Position numbers and translations under genes: made by a program. A stretch of 64,000 bases of DNA from Candidatus Limnocylindria bacterium (lineage in GTDB: Bacteria; Chloroflexota; Limnocylindria; QHBO01): the NCBI GenBank assembly GCA_036556325.1, contig DATBJR010000043.1:3285-67284 (forward strand), read 5' to 3'. Positions 34,166 to 43,931 of this stretch are shown in pieces; within the stretch, counting starts at the first letter, position 1, and each line of letters starts with the position of its first letter. The notes beneath the pieces are model-generated. The model was given only the letters and a program-made list of their open reading frames with translations. It was not told the DNA's origin and did no database searches.

Positions 34166-35305
34166 ATGTCGATGTCCGCTGCCGCACGCCTTCTCCTGGC
34201 CGTCGTGCTCGCCGTCGCTGCGAGCGGCGCCGGGCTGCTCGATCGCGGCCTCGCGCTCGGCGCCGACTGCACGGTGAGCATCGGACCATCGGTCGACAAG
34301 GTCGACGGAGCCGCCGATGGCCGCATCGGCCCCGGCTCGGTCGTCTGCCTGGCCGCGGGACAGCGCGGGAACCTGAAGCTCTTCAACCTGCGCGGCACCG
34401 CCGAGCGTCCGGTCGTGGTTCGCAACGAGGGCGGTCCGGTGACGATCAGCGGCACGAAGTTCGGCGACGGCGGGATCATCATCGGCGGCAGCTCGTTCCT
34501 GCGCCTGACCGGCAGCGGCACGACCCACCTCTGTGGCGCCGAGTACGACGCCACCGAGCAGCAGTGCGGGATCGCGATCGACGGTGCCAAGAAGGGCATC
34601 AAGATGGTCACCGACAAGGGAACGGTCCACGATCTCGAGATCGACCACGTCGCGGTGCTGCGTGTGTCACAGAAGGTGAAGACCCGCGGAATCCTGATCC
34701 ATCCGCTGCCCGGCCAGGTCATCTCCGGCCTGCACATCCACCACAACTTCGTGACCAATACCCTGGCCGAGGGTATCTACCTCGGCAGCGAGCCGCACGG
34801 GCGGCCATTCGCCAGCCTCGCCAAGCTGGAGCGGGTGGAGGTCGACCACAACCTCGTCAAGGACGTCGGCTACGACGGCATCAAGGTCAAGGTCGCCATC
34901 GCCGATGTCTCCGTCCACGACAACGTGATCCTCAACGCCGGCATCTCGCGGACTCCGGCGCACCAGGGCGGCATCAAGCTCGCCATGAGCGTCGGCGACT
35001 ACTACAGCAACACCGTGGTCGGCGCGGTGGAGGGCATCCGGATGGGTCGGACGATCCCGAATGCCACCACCCGGTACTTCAACAACCTGGTGGCCGGCGT
35101 CGTGGACGTGGGCATCGAGGCCGATGAGACCGGTGCCCAGATCTTCAACAACATGGTGGTGAGCAGCGCCGGCGCCGGCATCCGCGCCACCGGCAGAGGC
35201 GCCTCGGTCTCGAAGAATGTCGTGGTGGCGTCCGTGCTGCCGCTCGACGTGACGCGCGGAACCGCGACCGGCAACCTCGTTCTGCGACTGGATCAGGGCT
35301 CGTAG
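34166..35305 (+). CDS. secreted right-handed parallel beta-helix repeat protein (pectate-lyase/C5-epimerase/polysaccharide-depolymerase fold)
   Basis: Signal peptide MSMSAAARLLLAVVLAVAASGA. Periodic ~22-aa beta-helix rungs rich in N/G/V/I (VHDNVILNAGIS, IFNNMVVSSAGAGI). Confidence 0.65.
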   Translation: MSMSAAARLLLAVVLAVAASGAGLLDRGLALGADCTVSIGPSVDKVDGAADGRIGPGSVVCLAAGQRGNLKLFNLRGTAERPVVVRNEGGPVTISGTKFGDGGIIIGGSSFLRLTGSGTTHLCGAEYDATEQQCGIAIDGAKKGIKMVTDKGTVHDLEIDHVAVLRVSQKVKTRGILIHPLPGQVISGLHIHHNFVTNTLAEGIYLGSEPHGRPFASLAKLERVEVDHNLVKDVGYDGIKVKVAIADVSVHDNVILNAGISRTPAHQGGIKLAMSVGDYYSNTVVGAVEGIRMGRTIPNATTRYFNNLVAGVVDVGIEADETGAQIFNNMVVSSAGAGIRATGRGASVSKNVVVASVLPLDVTRGTATGNLVLRLDQGS

Positions 35306-36225
35306 CCGAAGCGCCGCAGCTCGCGGCGGCCCACCATTCCGAACCAGCGCCGGACCAGCGGGTGAACGCGGGATCGCCACCGATCCACGCTGCTGCGATC
35401 GAAGCCTGCCGCGGCGTGGCGGTCCTGCTCGAAGCTCGATCCCACGACCACGGTCTCTTCCAGCAGGCCCGGGTCGAACGGGATGCCGATGAAGTCGCAG
35501 ACACCTCGCAGGGTGGCCTCGGGCTCGGTCACCAGGTCCTCGAAGCGGACGAGGCGGTAGCGCTCAGCCAGCGCCGCCGCGTGGCGGTGATGGAGGCGGG
35601 CGGCATCCAGCCAGACCCGTGAGGTCTCGAGGACCTCGATCGGCGCCAGGATCGGGTCCAGCAGGCGGGCCGGAACGCCGGGCAGCCGCGCCTTCATGCC
35701 GCGCGTGCCGGCTTCGGAGCGAACGATGCGCGAGGCGTAGATCGCGCGCGGGTCTCGGAAGGTGTGGATGAAGCGCGCCTGCGGGAACCATTCGGCCAGC
35801 ATGCCCAAGCCGTAGATGTGGTCCGGCGTCTTCTCGCCCCGAATCGTCACCGGACGCGCTCCACATGCCTCCTCGACGTACAGCTCCAGGAGGAGGTCGA
35901 ACAGCGCGCGCTCGCTGAGGTCGGTCGCCAGCAGGCGGGCGGTGAAGCGCTCACGTCCGACGTTGCGCCCCAGCCATGGCCAGAAGCGCGGGCCCAGCAG
36001 GTCGCGGACGACTGGATCGAGCAGGGCGGCCCGGTCGTCGGCCGGCGCGGCCCTGGCGCGCTCCAGTTTCCGGTCGAGCTTCAGGCGACGCGCCGATTTG
36101 AGGAAATGCGTCTCCGACGCCAGGCAGACCTGCGGCGATCGGTTCAGCACATGGCGCAGCAGGGTCGAGCCCGTTCGCGGGCTGCCGACGATGAAGAGCT
36201 GGCGGGCTCCGCCGTCCGGTTCCAT
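35293..36225 (-). CDS. sulfotransferase family protein (PAPS-dependent), type A
   Basis: The 5'-PSB motif FIVGSPRTGSTLL lies near the chosen ATG at 36225. An arylsulfotransferase-like region follows (ETHFLKS...FIHTFRDPRA). Confidence 0.75.
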   Translation of the reverse strand: MEPDGGARQLFIVGSPRTGSTLLRHVLNRSPQVCLASETHFLKSARRLKLDRKLERARAAPADDRAALLDPVVRDLLGPRFWPWLGRNVGRERFTARLLATDLSERALFDLLLELYVEEACGARPVTIRGEKTPDHIYGLGMLAEWFPQARFIHTFRDPRAIYASRIVRSEAGTRGMKARLPGVPARLLDPILAPIEVLETSRVWLDAARLHHRHAAALAERYRLVRFEDLVTEPEATLRGVCDFIGIPFDPGLLEETVVVGSSFEQDRHAAAGFDRSSVDRWRSRVHPLVRRWFGMVGRRELRRFGYEP

Positions 36226-36239
36226 CGCCCGTCTCGCGG

Positions 36240-36968
36240 CTAGATGTAGGCCCGCAGGTATCGCCAGTAGAGGCGGGCGAAGAAGCTGAAGATCGCGTAC
36301 TGGATCCGGTGGGTGCGGGTCGGCGGCCGGACGCGCCATGCCGCCGGGAACTCGTAGCCCCAGCGCTCCATGTAGGGGCCCATCACCCGTCGCGCGCGGC
36401 GGATGGCCCGCGGCGAGTAGTAGCTCGCGAAGTCGCGGTCTCGGCGTCCGGTGCGGTTGACCACCGGCAGCGGCCGGACCGGCTCCACCCCGATGCGGCG
36501 CAGCGCCTCGGCGAAGTCATCGGCCAAGCGCTCGAAGCGCATCACATAGCCGAACCGCTCGTGGGAGAGGCTGGCCCAGGTGTCGTGCGGGAATTGGTAG
36601 AACTTCAGGAAGAAGGTCGAGAAGTCGGCGTCCTCGCCGGCGACGTAGCGGAACATGGCCCGATCGCGGAGGCCATTCAACAGGCGCTGGTGCTTCGGGG
36701 CCCGGTCGGGATCGGTCCGCCGCGAGTTATGGTCGGTCTTGAGCTTGAAGTAGAGGCTGACCGCGTCATCGAGCGGGTTGCGGATGCTCGAGAAGACGAA
36801 GTAGGTCTTCTCGTCCGGCGTCGCCTTGCGCAGGAACTCGTCGTAGGTGGCGTGCTTGTGCAGAATGGGCCGGGCGCCGTAGACATCGCGCAGCTCGCGA
36901 CGGACCGCCGTCGAGCCGGTGCGCGGCAGCTCGACGAAGACGAAGCGGTGCTCATGGCTGATCATCAC
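36240..36968 (-). CDS. sulfotransferase family protein, type B (Sulfotransfer_2/3-like)
   Basis: An N-terminal FVFVELPRTGSTAV P-loop-like PAPS motif. It sits in tandem with the upstream sulfotransferase. Confidence 0.7.
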   Translation of the reverse strand: MMISHEHRFVFVELPRTGSTAVRRELRDVYGARPILHKHATYDEFLRKATPDEKTYFVFSSIRNPLDDAVSLYFKLKTDHNSRRTDPDRAPKHQRLLNGLRDRAMFRYVAGEDADFSTFFLKFYQFPHDTWASLSHERFGYVMRFERLADDFAEALRRIGVEPVRPLPVVNRTGRRDRDFASYYSPRAIRRARRVMGPYMERWGYEFPAAWRVRPPTRTHRIQYAIFSFFARLYWRYLRAYI

Positions 36969-37045
36969 GGCGGCGTCACCTTACCATCGGCCCCGGGTTG
37001 CGACGGATGCGAGCCGATGGCGCCGTCCGCCTACAATGACGCGCC

Positions 37046-37122
37046 CGGGGCGTAGCGCAGCCTGGTAGCGCACCTGCTTTGGGAGCAGGAGGTCGCCCGT
37101 TCGAATCGGGCCGCCCCGACCA
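37046..37122 (+). tRNA. tRNA-Pro (anticodon UGG)
   Basis: Folded by hand. Acceptor stem CGGGGCG/CGCCCCG, D-arm GCGC..AGCGC, anticodon stem CCTGC/GCAGG with loop TTTGGGA (U33, anticodon TGG, G37), T-arm GCCCG-TTCGAAT-CGGGC, 3' A-CCA encoded. Confidence 0.9.
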
Positions 37123-37155
37123 TCGCCTGGTCACCCAGCGCCGGGAGATAGCCCG

Positions 37156-38121
37156 ATGATCTCCGCGACCGCGTTCCTCGTCGCCTTCGTCGCGGCCATC
37201 TTCCTCACCCCGGTCGTGCGTGGCGTGGCGCGCAATGCGGGCCTGCTCGATCAGCCCGGCGGTCGGAAGGTGCACGCGATCGCCGTGCCGCGGCTCGGCG
37301 GCTTCGCGATCGCCACGGCCTTCTACCTCGGCATCGCGGTGGCGCTGGTCGTGGCCCGCGCCATCTTCGGCCGGCGCATCGACATCGAAACCGGCCACCT
37401 GGCCGCCATCCTGGCTGGCGTCGCCCTGATCGCCGGCCTGGGCCTCATGGACGACCTGCAGAGCATGCGAGCGCGCGTGAAGCTCGGCGCCCAGATCGTC
37501 ATCGTGCTGGCCATCTACGGCCTGGGGCTGTCCATCGATCGCCTCGACGGCCCGTGGGGCTCGCTGCAGCTCAGTTGGTGGGCGTCGCTGCCGCTCACGC
37601 TGCTCTGGATGGTGGCGATCATCAACGCCATGAACCTCATCGACGGGCTGGACGGGCTGGCGGCCGGGGTGGCGCTCATCGGCCTCGCCGCCTTCCTGGG
37701 GGTCGCGCTGGTCCACGGCGGCTCGAATCCGGTGCAGGTCGTGCTGGGTGCCGCCGCGGGGGGTGTGCTGGGCTTCCTGCGCTTCAATCTGCCGCCGTCG
37801 ACGATCCATATGGGCGACTCGGGCTCGATGCTGCTGGGGTTCGTCCTCGGCGCCGCGGCGATCACCGTGACCCAGGCCGGCCGGCACGGCATCCCGCCGT
37901 GGGTTCCGCTGCTGATCCTGGCGTTGCCGCTGGCCGACACGCTGCGGGTCATGGTCATGCGGCTGCTGGCCGGGCACCCCGTCTTTCGCCCTGATCGGCG
38001 TCACGTGCACCATCGCCTGCTGCGGCTGGGCATCTCGCAGGGGAGCGCCACGCTGGTGCTGTGGGCGGCCTCTGCGCTGCTGGCGGCGGTCGGGGTGCTG
38101 CTCGCCGCGCTGGCGAGCTAG
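37156..38121 (+). CDS. wecA: UDP-GlcNAc:undecaprenyl-phosphate GlcNAc-1-phosphate transferase (WecA/TagO, MraY-like)
   Basis: About 10 TM helices and the MraY/WecA motifs IINAMNLIDGLDGLA and HMGDSGSM. Confidence 0.9.
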   Translation: MISATAFLVAFVAAIFLTPVVRGVARNAGLLDQPGGRKVHAIAVPRLGGFAIATAFYLGIAVALVVARAIFGRRIDIETGHLAAILAGVALIAGLGLMDDLQSMRARVKLGAQIVIVLAIYGLGLSIDRLDGPWGSLQLSWWASLPLTLLWMVAIINAMNLIDGLDGLAAGVALIGLAAFLGVALVHGGSNPVQVVLGAAAGGVLGFLRFNLPPSTIHMGDSGSMLLGFVLGAAAITVTQAGRHGIPPWVPLLILALPLADTLRVMVMRLLAGHPVFRPDRRHVHHRLLRLGISQGSATLVLWAASALLAAVGVLLAALAS

Positions 38122-39686
38122 CCCTCGGGCCCGAGGGACCGCGAGGCCAGGTACCAGCCCTGCAGGCTGTCCGCGCCGAAGAGCCGGCGCATCAGGCGGC
38201 GGATGTCGTCGCGGCGCGGGGTGAGGACGTAGGTGGCATTCAGGTCCGCCGGCGGATCGACGTAGCGCGGCACGCCCAGCACCACCCGCTTGATGTCCGG
38301 GCCGGTGATGAGCGGCAGCAGGGAGGCAAGGTCGCCGGCCTTGTCGCGCGGGAAGTCGGTGTGGACCGTGGCCCCCACCGCCTGCAGCGTGCGCGGCAGC
38401 TCGAAGAAGAGGTCGAGCTTCGCGAACTCGCGCCGCAGCTCCAGCAGGACCTGCTGTTGCCGATCGGCGCGCATGAAGTCGGTCAGCACTTCAACCGTGC
38501 CGTCGGGGAGCGTCAGCGTGCCCTTTCGCGCGCGTGCGTAGGCGAGGGCATGGATGCCGTCGTACTCGGCACAGCCCGGCTTCAGGACGATGCCGCGCTT
38601 GTAGCTGGTCCAGGTGTCGCCGGGCCCCTGGTAAGTGGGATCGTCGAGCGTCCCGTTCAGGCACAGCCGCAGGGGGCCGACCGCGTCGATGAGGTGGGTG
38701 AAGCCCTCGAGGTCGATGGTGGCGTAGTACTGGATATCGATCCCCAGGTAGAGGCCCACTGTTCGTTCGAGGGTCCGCAGGCCACAGGCGACTCCATCGG
38801 CGGCCGGCATGTCCGGGCACCAGCGGGCCGGGTCGTTGCCCGCCTCGGTCGACAGCGCGTTGATCTTGTTGGGGTAGAGACCGTCGGGATAGACGCTGCG
38901 ATCGGGTAGCGGCGTCATCACCGTGTCGCGCGGGACCGAGATCATGGCCGCCGTCTTGGCCACCGGATCGACGCTCACCGCCAGGATGGTGTCGGTCAGC
39001 GCCTCGTCCCGACCCGGGCCGCTGTCGATGCCGAGCAGCAGGAAGTTGATGCGCTCGGTCCCGTTCCACGCGTACTCCGGCCGGTTTAGGGGTCCGCCGT
39101 TCCCGAGACCGTGCCCGTCGCCCTCGCTGCTTCCCTGGCCGCCGAAGACGTCGCCCAGGGTGCTGTTGATCTCCGTCAGCAGCAGGCCCGCCCAGGCATG
39201 CATCACGATGGTGACCGCCATCATGACCGCCACCACGGCCAGCGTGCCGGCCCGGCGGGCCGAGGGAAGCTGGAGCCGGGCGCGGGATGCCACCGCATCG
39301 GCCGATGCGGACGCGGCGTGCACAGGGAACGCCGTCTCGCGCTGCCCGGTCGCTGTGGGCCGCGCCAGGCCGACCTGCCCGATCGCCAGCAGCCGCCACG
39401 CGAGCAGCGCCGCGTCGAGCACCACCAGCGCGGTCAAGAACGTGGCCGACAGGACGCTGTTCAGCACCTGCGAGCCGCCCGCCAGCAGCATCCCCAGCGC
39501 GACCAGGATGAGCAGCGCCACCGGCAGCGCAAACAGCGCGGCGAGGCGGCGACTGCCGGCGTAGGCCTGTCCGAGCCCCGGGAAGAGGAACGACAGGAAC
39601 GCCGCCAGCGCGGGATGGCGAGAGCTCCGCGATTCGATCATCGACACCAAAACGCCGCGGGCCATCCGCGCGTTGCGCGGCTGCAC
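38118..39686 (-). CDS. LytR-CpsA-Psr (LCP) family glycopolymer phosphotransferase
   Basis: N-terminal TM segments, then the LCP core FLLLGIDSGPGRDEALTDTILAVSVDP...MISVPRDT. The start is ambiguous (MQPRN at 39686 or MARGVL 6 codons in). It converges on the wecA 3' end with a 4-nt overlap. Confidence 0.85.
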   Translation of the reverse strand: MQPRNARMARGVLVSMIESRSSRHPALAAFLSFLFPGLGQAYAGSRRLAALFALPVALLILVALGMLLAGGSQVLNSVLSATFLTALVVLDAALLAWRLLAIGQVGLARPTATGQRETAFPVHAASASADAVASRARLQLPSARRAGTLAVVAVMMAVTIVMHAWAGLLLTEINSTLGDVFGGQGSSEGDGHGLGNGGPLNRPEYAWNGTERINFLLLGIDSGPGRDEALTDTILAVSVDPVAKTAAMISVPRDTVMTPLPDRSVYPDGLYPNKINALSTEAGNDPARWCPDMPAADGVACGLRTLERTVGLYLGIDIQYYATIDLEGFTHLIDAVGPLRLCLNGTLDDPTYQGPGDTWTSYKRGIVLKPGCAEYDGIHALAYARARKGTLTLPDGTVEVLTDFMRADRQQQVLLELRREFAKLDLFFELPRTLQAVGATVHTDFPRDKAGDLASLLPLITGPDIKRVVLGVPRYVDPPADLNATYVLTPRRDDIRRLMRRLFGADSLQGWYLASRSLGPEG

Positions 39687-39906
39687 CCATTCTCTGGGCG
39701 GGAGGGGCAGTCTACCACTGGGTGCTCGCTCGGTCGGCGAGCGGACTTAGACCATCTTTGTGGTGCCCGCGCGCGACGCCGTGGGTACTACGGTTCGGTT
39801 CGGTGCACTGGTACCTTTGCGGCCCTTCGGATGGGACCCTTAGACTAGCCGCGGTCGGTGCCGAGCGGCTGCCCCGTCAACGTCCCACCCCATCCATCAG
39901 GACGAC

Positions 39907-41526
39907 GTGCCACCAGAGCTCATCTTCCTCATCGTCAGCGCAGCCGTAGCCGTCCTGCTGGGGGCCGGCGCGGTGGTGGCTGCGCTCCGCAGCCGGCGCG
40001 CGGCCGAGGCGGCGGGCGACCAGTTGCAGCTTCCCGACGCCGCCCCTCAGCCCGACAAGTACGACGGTGGTGCCGGCGAAGTCGAGCGGCGCAGCCGCCG
40101 AAGCTACGCCACGGCCGTGCGCGTCCTCTGGTGGGTGTCGATTGCCGGCGTCCTGATCGGCGTCGGCCTGTCGGATGCGTACGACGCCTCGCAGGCGGGC
40201 ATCTATGCCGTGGGCGCGGTGGCGGTCGGCGCCGTGGTGCTGCTGCACGACCTGCTGCCGGAGCGCTTCCGCACCGCGCCGGTCGTGACCATCGAGATCC
40301 TGCTGGCCCTTGGCCTGACCACGGCCCTGGTGGCCCTCACCGACTTCGGCACGTCGCCGTTCGCCTTCGGCTACAACCTGGTGGCAGTGGCGGTTGCGCT
40401 GGCGCTGGGCGGGCCGATGGCGCTGGTCGTGGCCGCGCTGGCGACCCTGGCCTACCTCGGCGTGCTGGCCGTCGACCCGTCGCTGCCGCAGTACGGCACC
40501 GCCGACCTGCTGCGCTTCGGCCTGCAGATCGGCTCCATCTGGCTGCTGGCCTACGTGGCCGGCGTGTTCGCGTCTGGCGAGCGGCGGATGCGGGCGCGCG
40601 TCCTCCAGATGTCACGCACCGACGAGCTGACCGGGCTCTACAACCGTGGGCAGCTGTTCCCGACGCTCGAGGAGGAGGTCCAGCGCACGCGGCGCAGCGA
40701 GCGCGGCTTCTGCCTGCTGATGATCGACCTGGACGGCCTGAAGGCCGTCAACGATTCCTATGGCCATCATCGTGGTGACGAGGTGCTGCGCCAGCTCGGC
40801 AACGTCTTCCGCCACTCGATCCGGCTGGTCGACACCGCCTACCGCTACGGTGGCGACGAGTTCCTGGTGCTGCTGCCGGAGACCGACTTCGCCGGCGCCT
40901 TCGTGGTGGCCGAGAAGATTCGGATGGGGGCCGAGGAGATCGGCCTGGTGGCAGGCGGTGGCGAGCTGCTGACAAGCGTCAGCATCGGCCTGGTGTCATG
41001 CCCGGAGGACGGGACCAGCGTCGAGGAGCTGATGATCGCGGCCGACCGGGCCATGTACCAGGCCAAGTCACTCGGCAAGAACCAGGTGAGCGGCAATCCG
41101 CGCCCACGACGGCTGGTCTACAGCCCCGACGGCGACGCCGCCGCCCCTCGGCCTGAGGCTCCCTCCGCCCCGGCGGTGACAGCGGAGCGATCCGCTCCCG
41201 AGGCCGCCGAGGCGGCAGCGATCAGCGTCGAGCCGGAGCCCGTCGCCGCCGCTGGTCCGATCCCGATGGGGCCGATCGTCAGCGAAGGCGCACCGGTCCA
41301 GGCCGAGGTTGCGCCGCCGGCGGTCGAGGTTGCGCCAGCGCCGGTAGCCGCTACGACGGGTGCGCCGGCTGCCACTGCAGAGGGTGGCGACGAGGATGAG
41401 GCCGATCCCAGCGAGGTCCGGCGGCAGATCGCAGCGGCGCGTCGCAACATGGACCCGGACCACCAGATCCGGCGCGCGATGGACGCGTTCCTCTCGCCGA
41501 CGCGCCCGAACGACCCGCCGAACTAG
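39907..41526 (+). CDS. membrane-integral diguanylate cyclase (GGDEF domain) with Pro/Ala-rich C-terminal tail
   Basis: About 6 N-terminal TM helices. The GGDEF domain carries an intact RYGGDEF active site and RxxD I-site context. The C-terminal ~130 aa is low-complexity A/P/E rich. Confidence 0.85.
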   Translation: MPPELIFLIVSAAVAVLLGAGAVVAALRSRRAAEAAGDQLQLPDAAPQPDKYDGGAGEVERRSRRSYATAVRVLWWVSIAGVLIGVGLSDAYDASQAGIYAVGAVAVGAVVLLHDLLPERFRTAPVVTIEILLALGLTTALVALTDFGTSPFAFGYNLVAVAVALALGGPMALVVAALATLAYLGVLAVDPSLPQYGTADLLRFGLQIGSIWLLAYVAGVFASGERRMRARVLQMSRTDELTGLYNRGQLFPTLEEEVQRTRRSERGFCLLMIDLDGLKAVNDSYGHHRGDEVLRQLGNVFRHSIRLVDTAYRYGGDEFLVLLPETDFAGAFVVAEKIRMGAEEIGLVAGGGELLTSVSIGLVSCPEDGTSVEELMIAADRAMYQAKSLGKNQVSGNPRPRRLVYSPDGDAAAPRPEAPSAPAVTAERSAPEAAEAAAISVEPEPVAAAGPIPMGPIVSEGAPVQAEVAPPAVEVAPAPVAATTGAPAATAEGGDEDEADPSEVRRQIAAARRNMDPDHQIRRAMDAFLSPTRPNDPPN

Positions 41527-41548
41527 CCGTTCCGCTCTTGGCGGCGGC

Positions 41549-42682
41549 TCAGTGCTCCTTGACGGTGGTGTAGAGCGGCAGAATCTCGCGCCACACGACG
41601 CCGGGTGGCAGGACCACGGTGTCGCCGCCGTGGAGGTACGTCCATCGCGTCCGGCTCTGCGCCGTCGGCCGCGACCAGTGCACGGCGATCGCCCGCCCGG
41701 CGACGTACAGCGTGGCACGCCCCTCGCCGACGAGGTGGTGGTAGCGACGGGGATAGCCGCCCGGGTCGTGCGGGCCGTAGACGATGTCCTCGCGGACGTA
41801 CTGGACCATGACGCTGGTGGCCGCCAGCACTCGATGGGTGCCGGCGTCGACATGCTCCTGGCCGGCATCGTTGCGGCGCCACGCGTCCAGCTGGGCATCC
41901 CACTCCCAGCCGAAGTTCCAGAAGCTGTTGGTGAAGAACTGGACGTGCGCCACGGGCCGGCCGGCGGGCAGCTTCACGTCGGGCTCGAAGCGGAACGGAG
42001 CCCGCAGGTCGCCGGTACGGGCCGCCAGCCGGTCGATCGCCTGGTTGTGCCCGAAGTCGTTGCGGACCTTCTGCAGGTCGGCGTAGAGATTGTGGGGTGC
42101 TGGCCGGTCGTGGCTGCGCAGGTAGTACGGCCATTGGCCGGTGATGCCGTTGATGTACGGCAGGTGCGCCGCGTGGTAGCGCCGCACGCCCTCTCCACCG
42201 GCGCCGAACATGAACGGCAGCACGTGCATGTCCTGCCACAGGTCGATGCTGTAGTAGCGACCGGATCGTACCGGGCCGACGAGCCCATCGGCCTTGCGGC
42301 AGAGGTAGATGCCGGTGAAGCGCGTGACGTCACCCTCGACGGTGGCCTCCACCACCATGTCCGCCAGGCCCAGGTTCGTCACCGGGCGCGCCAGCGGATG
42401 GTTCTCGATCTGGACCGCCAGGGCCGGGCGCTTGAGCCGATGCCGATCCGTCAGCGCCAAGCCGTCGAGCGGGCACCGGGCTGCCGGCTCGGGCGTGGCG
42501 CTCGGCGTCGGCGCCGGACTGGGGGTTGCCGATGGCGTCGGGGACGGCTTGGCGACGCTTGGCAGCGGCGTGGGGATCGGTGAGGGCGGCCCCGTGAACG
42601 CCAGCCAGCCTCCCCCCACGATCGCGAGCAGGAGGACGGCTGCGGCGCCGAGCATGGCGGGCCGTGACCGCAGCAGGTCCAT
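41549..42682 (-). CDS. DUF3048 (YerB-like) domain lipoprotein/secreted protein with Pro/Thr/Ser linker
   Basis: Signal/TM N-terminus and a PSPIPTPLPSVAKPSPTPSATPSPAPTPSATP linker. The globular domain resembles YerB-type DUF3048, but that recognition is weak. Confidence 0.45.
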   Translation of the reverse strand: MDLLRSRPAMLGAAAVLLLAIVGGGWLAFTGPPSPIPTPLPSVAKPSPTPSATPSPAPTPSATPEPAARCPLDGLALTDRHRLKRPALAVQIENHPLARPVTNLGLADMVVEATVEGDVTRFTGIYLCRKADGLVGPVRSGRYYSIDLWQDMHVLPFMFGAGGEGVRRYHAAHLPYINGITGQWPYYLRSHDRPAPHNLYADLQKVRNDFGHNQAIDRLAARTGDLRAPFRFEPDVKLPAGRPVAHVQFFTNSFWNFGWEWDAQLDAWRRNDAGQEHVDAGTHRVLAATSVMVQYVREDIVYGPHDPGGYPRRYHHLVGEGRATLYVAGRAIAVHWSRPTAQSRTRWTYLHGGDTVVLPPGVVWREILPLYTTVKEH

Positions 42683-42744
42683 CGGCCGCCCATCCTAGCC
42701 GAGTCGGCGGTGGGGCCGAGGGCCCCTGCTAGACTCGGCCGGTC

Positions 42745-43920
42745 ATGGCCGGCTTCTCGACCCGAGCGATCCGTGCGGCCAGCCGCGTGCCCGCCGCGCC
42801 ACAGCCGCCCGTCAACGTCCCCATCTACCAGAGCAGCACGTTCGAGGTCTCGAGCGCCGGCGAGCTGGCCGAGCTGCTGGAGTTCGCGCGGCCCGGCCAT
42901 TCGTACAGTCGCTACTCGAATCCCACGCACGCGGCCCTCGAGGACGCCCTGGCCGAGCTGGAGGGCGCCGAGGCATGTCATGTCACGGCCTCCGGCATGG
43001 CGGCCATCCACGCCGTCATGCTCTCGACGCTCAGCGCCGGCGACCAGGTCCTGATCCCCGGTGCCGTGTACGGAGGCGTCATCGGGCTGGCGCACGCGGT
43101 CCTCGAGCGCTCCGGGATCGAGGCGGTCGCGGTGGACACCACCGACGCCGAGGCGGTCCGCGCCGCCATCGGCGACCGCACCCGGCTGCTGTGGCTGGAG
43201 ACGATCAGCAACCCGACCACTGCCATGGCCGACGTCGGCCGCCTCGCCGCCATGGCGCACGAGCGCGGCATCACGGTGGCGGTGGACAACACGTTTGCCT
43301 CGCCATACCTCGCCAACCCGCTCTCGCTCGGCGCCGACGTGGTCGTGCACTCCACCACGAAGTACGTGGCCGGCCATTCGGACATCACCGGCGGCGCCAT
43401 CCTGGGCAGCGGCGAGCGGGTCGACGCCGCGCGCCGGATCGTCATCAACGCCGGCGGCAACGCGGCTCCGCTGGAAGCCTTCCTGGCGCTTCGGGGCCTG
43501 AAGACGCTCGCGCTGCGCATGCAACGTCACTCGTCGAACGCGCTGTGCGTGGCCCGTGCGCTGCAGGACGCGCCCGGTATCGGTGCGGTGCTGTACCCCG
43601 GCCTCGAGTCGCATCCGCAGCATGAGCTGGCGATGCGAACCCTGCGCGACGGCATGGCCGGCGGGATGCTCAGCATCGATCTCGCCGGGGGCCGTGCCGC
43701 GGGTGAGCGGTTCCTCGATCGGCTGCAGGTCGCCGTCCACGCGACCAGCCTCGGCAGCGTCGAGACGCTCTGCAGCCACCCGGCGTCCTCGTCCCATCGG
43801 CAATTCGGCGAGGACGACCTTGCGCACGCGGGGCTGACCGCGGGCATGGTCCGCGTCTCGGTCGGCCTGGAGGATCCGGAGGACCTGGTGGCCGATCTGA
43901 CGGTCGCCGCAGCACCCTAG
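42745..43920 (+). CDS. PLP-dependent trans-sulfuration family enzyme (cystathionine gamma-synthase / O-acylhomoserine sulfhydrylase / methionine gamma-lyase family)
   Basis: PLP-Lys motif VVHSTTKYVAGHSD. Family-typical segments NPTHAALE and LGSVETLCSHPASSSH are present. Confidence 0.85.
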   Translation: MAGFSTRAIRAASRVPAAPQPPVNVPIYQSSTFEVSSAGELAELLEFARPGHSYSRYSNPTHAALEDALAELEGAEACHVTASGMAAIHAVMLSTLSAGDQVLIPGAVYGGVIGLAHAVLERSGIEAVAVDTTDAEAVRAAIGDRTRLLWLETISNPTTAMADVGRLAAMAHERGITVAVDNTFASPYLANPLSLGADVVVHSTTKYVAGHSDITGGAILGSGERVDAARRIVINAGGNAAPLEAFLALRGLKTLALRMQRHSSNALCVARALQDAPGIGAVLYPGLESHPQHELAMRTLRDGMAGGMLSIDLAGGRAAGERFLDRLQVAVHATSLGSVETLCSHPASSSHRQFGEDDLAHAGLTAGMVRVSVGLEDPEDLVADLTVAAAP

Positions 43921-43931
43921 GCCCGCACCGC

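Noticed and set aside
37046-37122. tRNA-Pro as boundary of a classical integrative genomic island
   Set aside because: No adjacent integrase, no obvious direct repeat of the tRNA 3' end nearby, and biosynthetically coherent genes (sulfotransferases on one side, wecA on the other) continue on both sides. Retained only as a low-interest observation.
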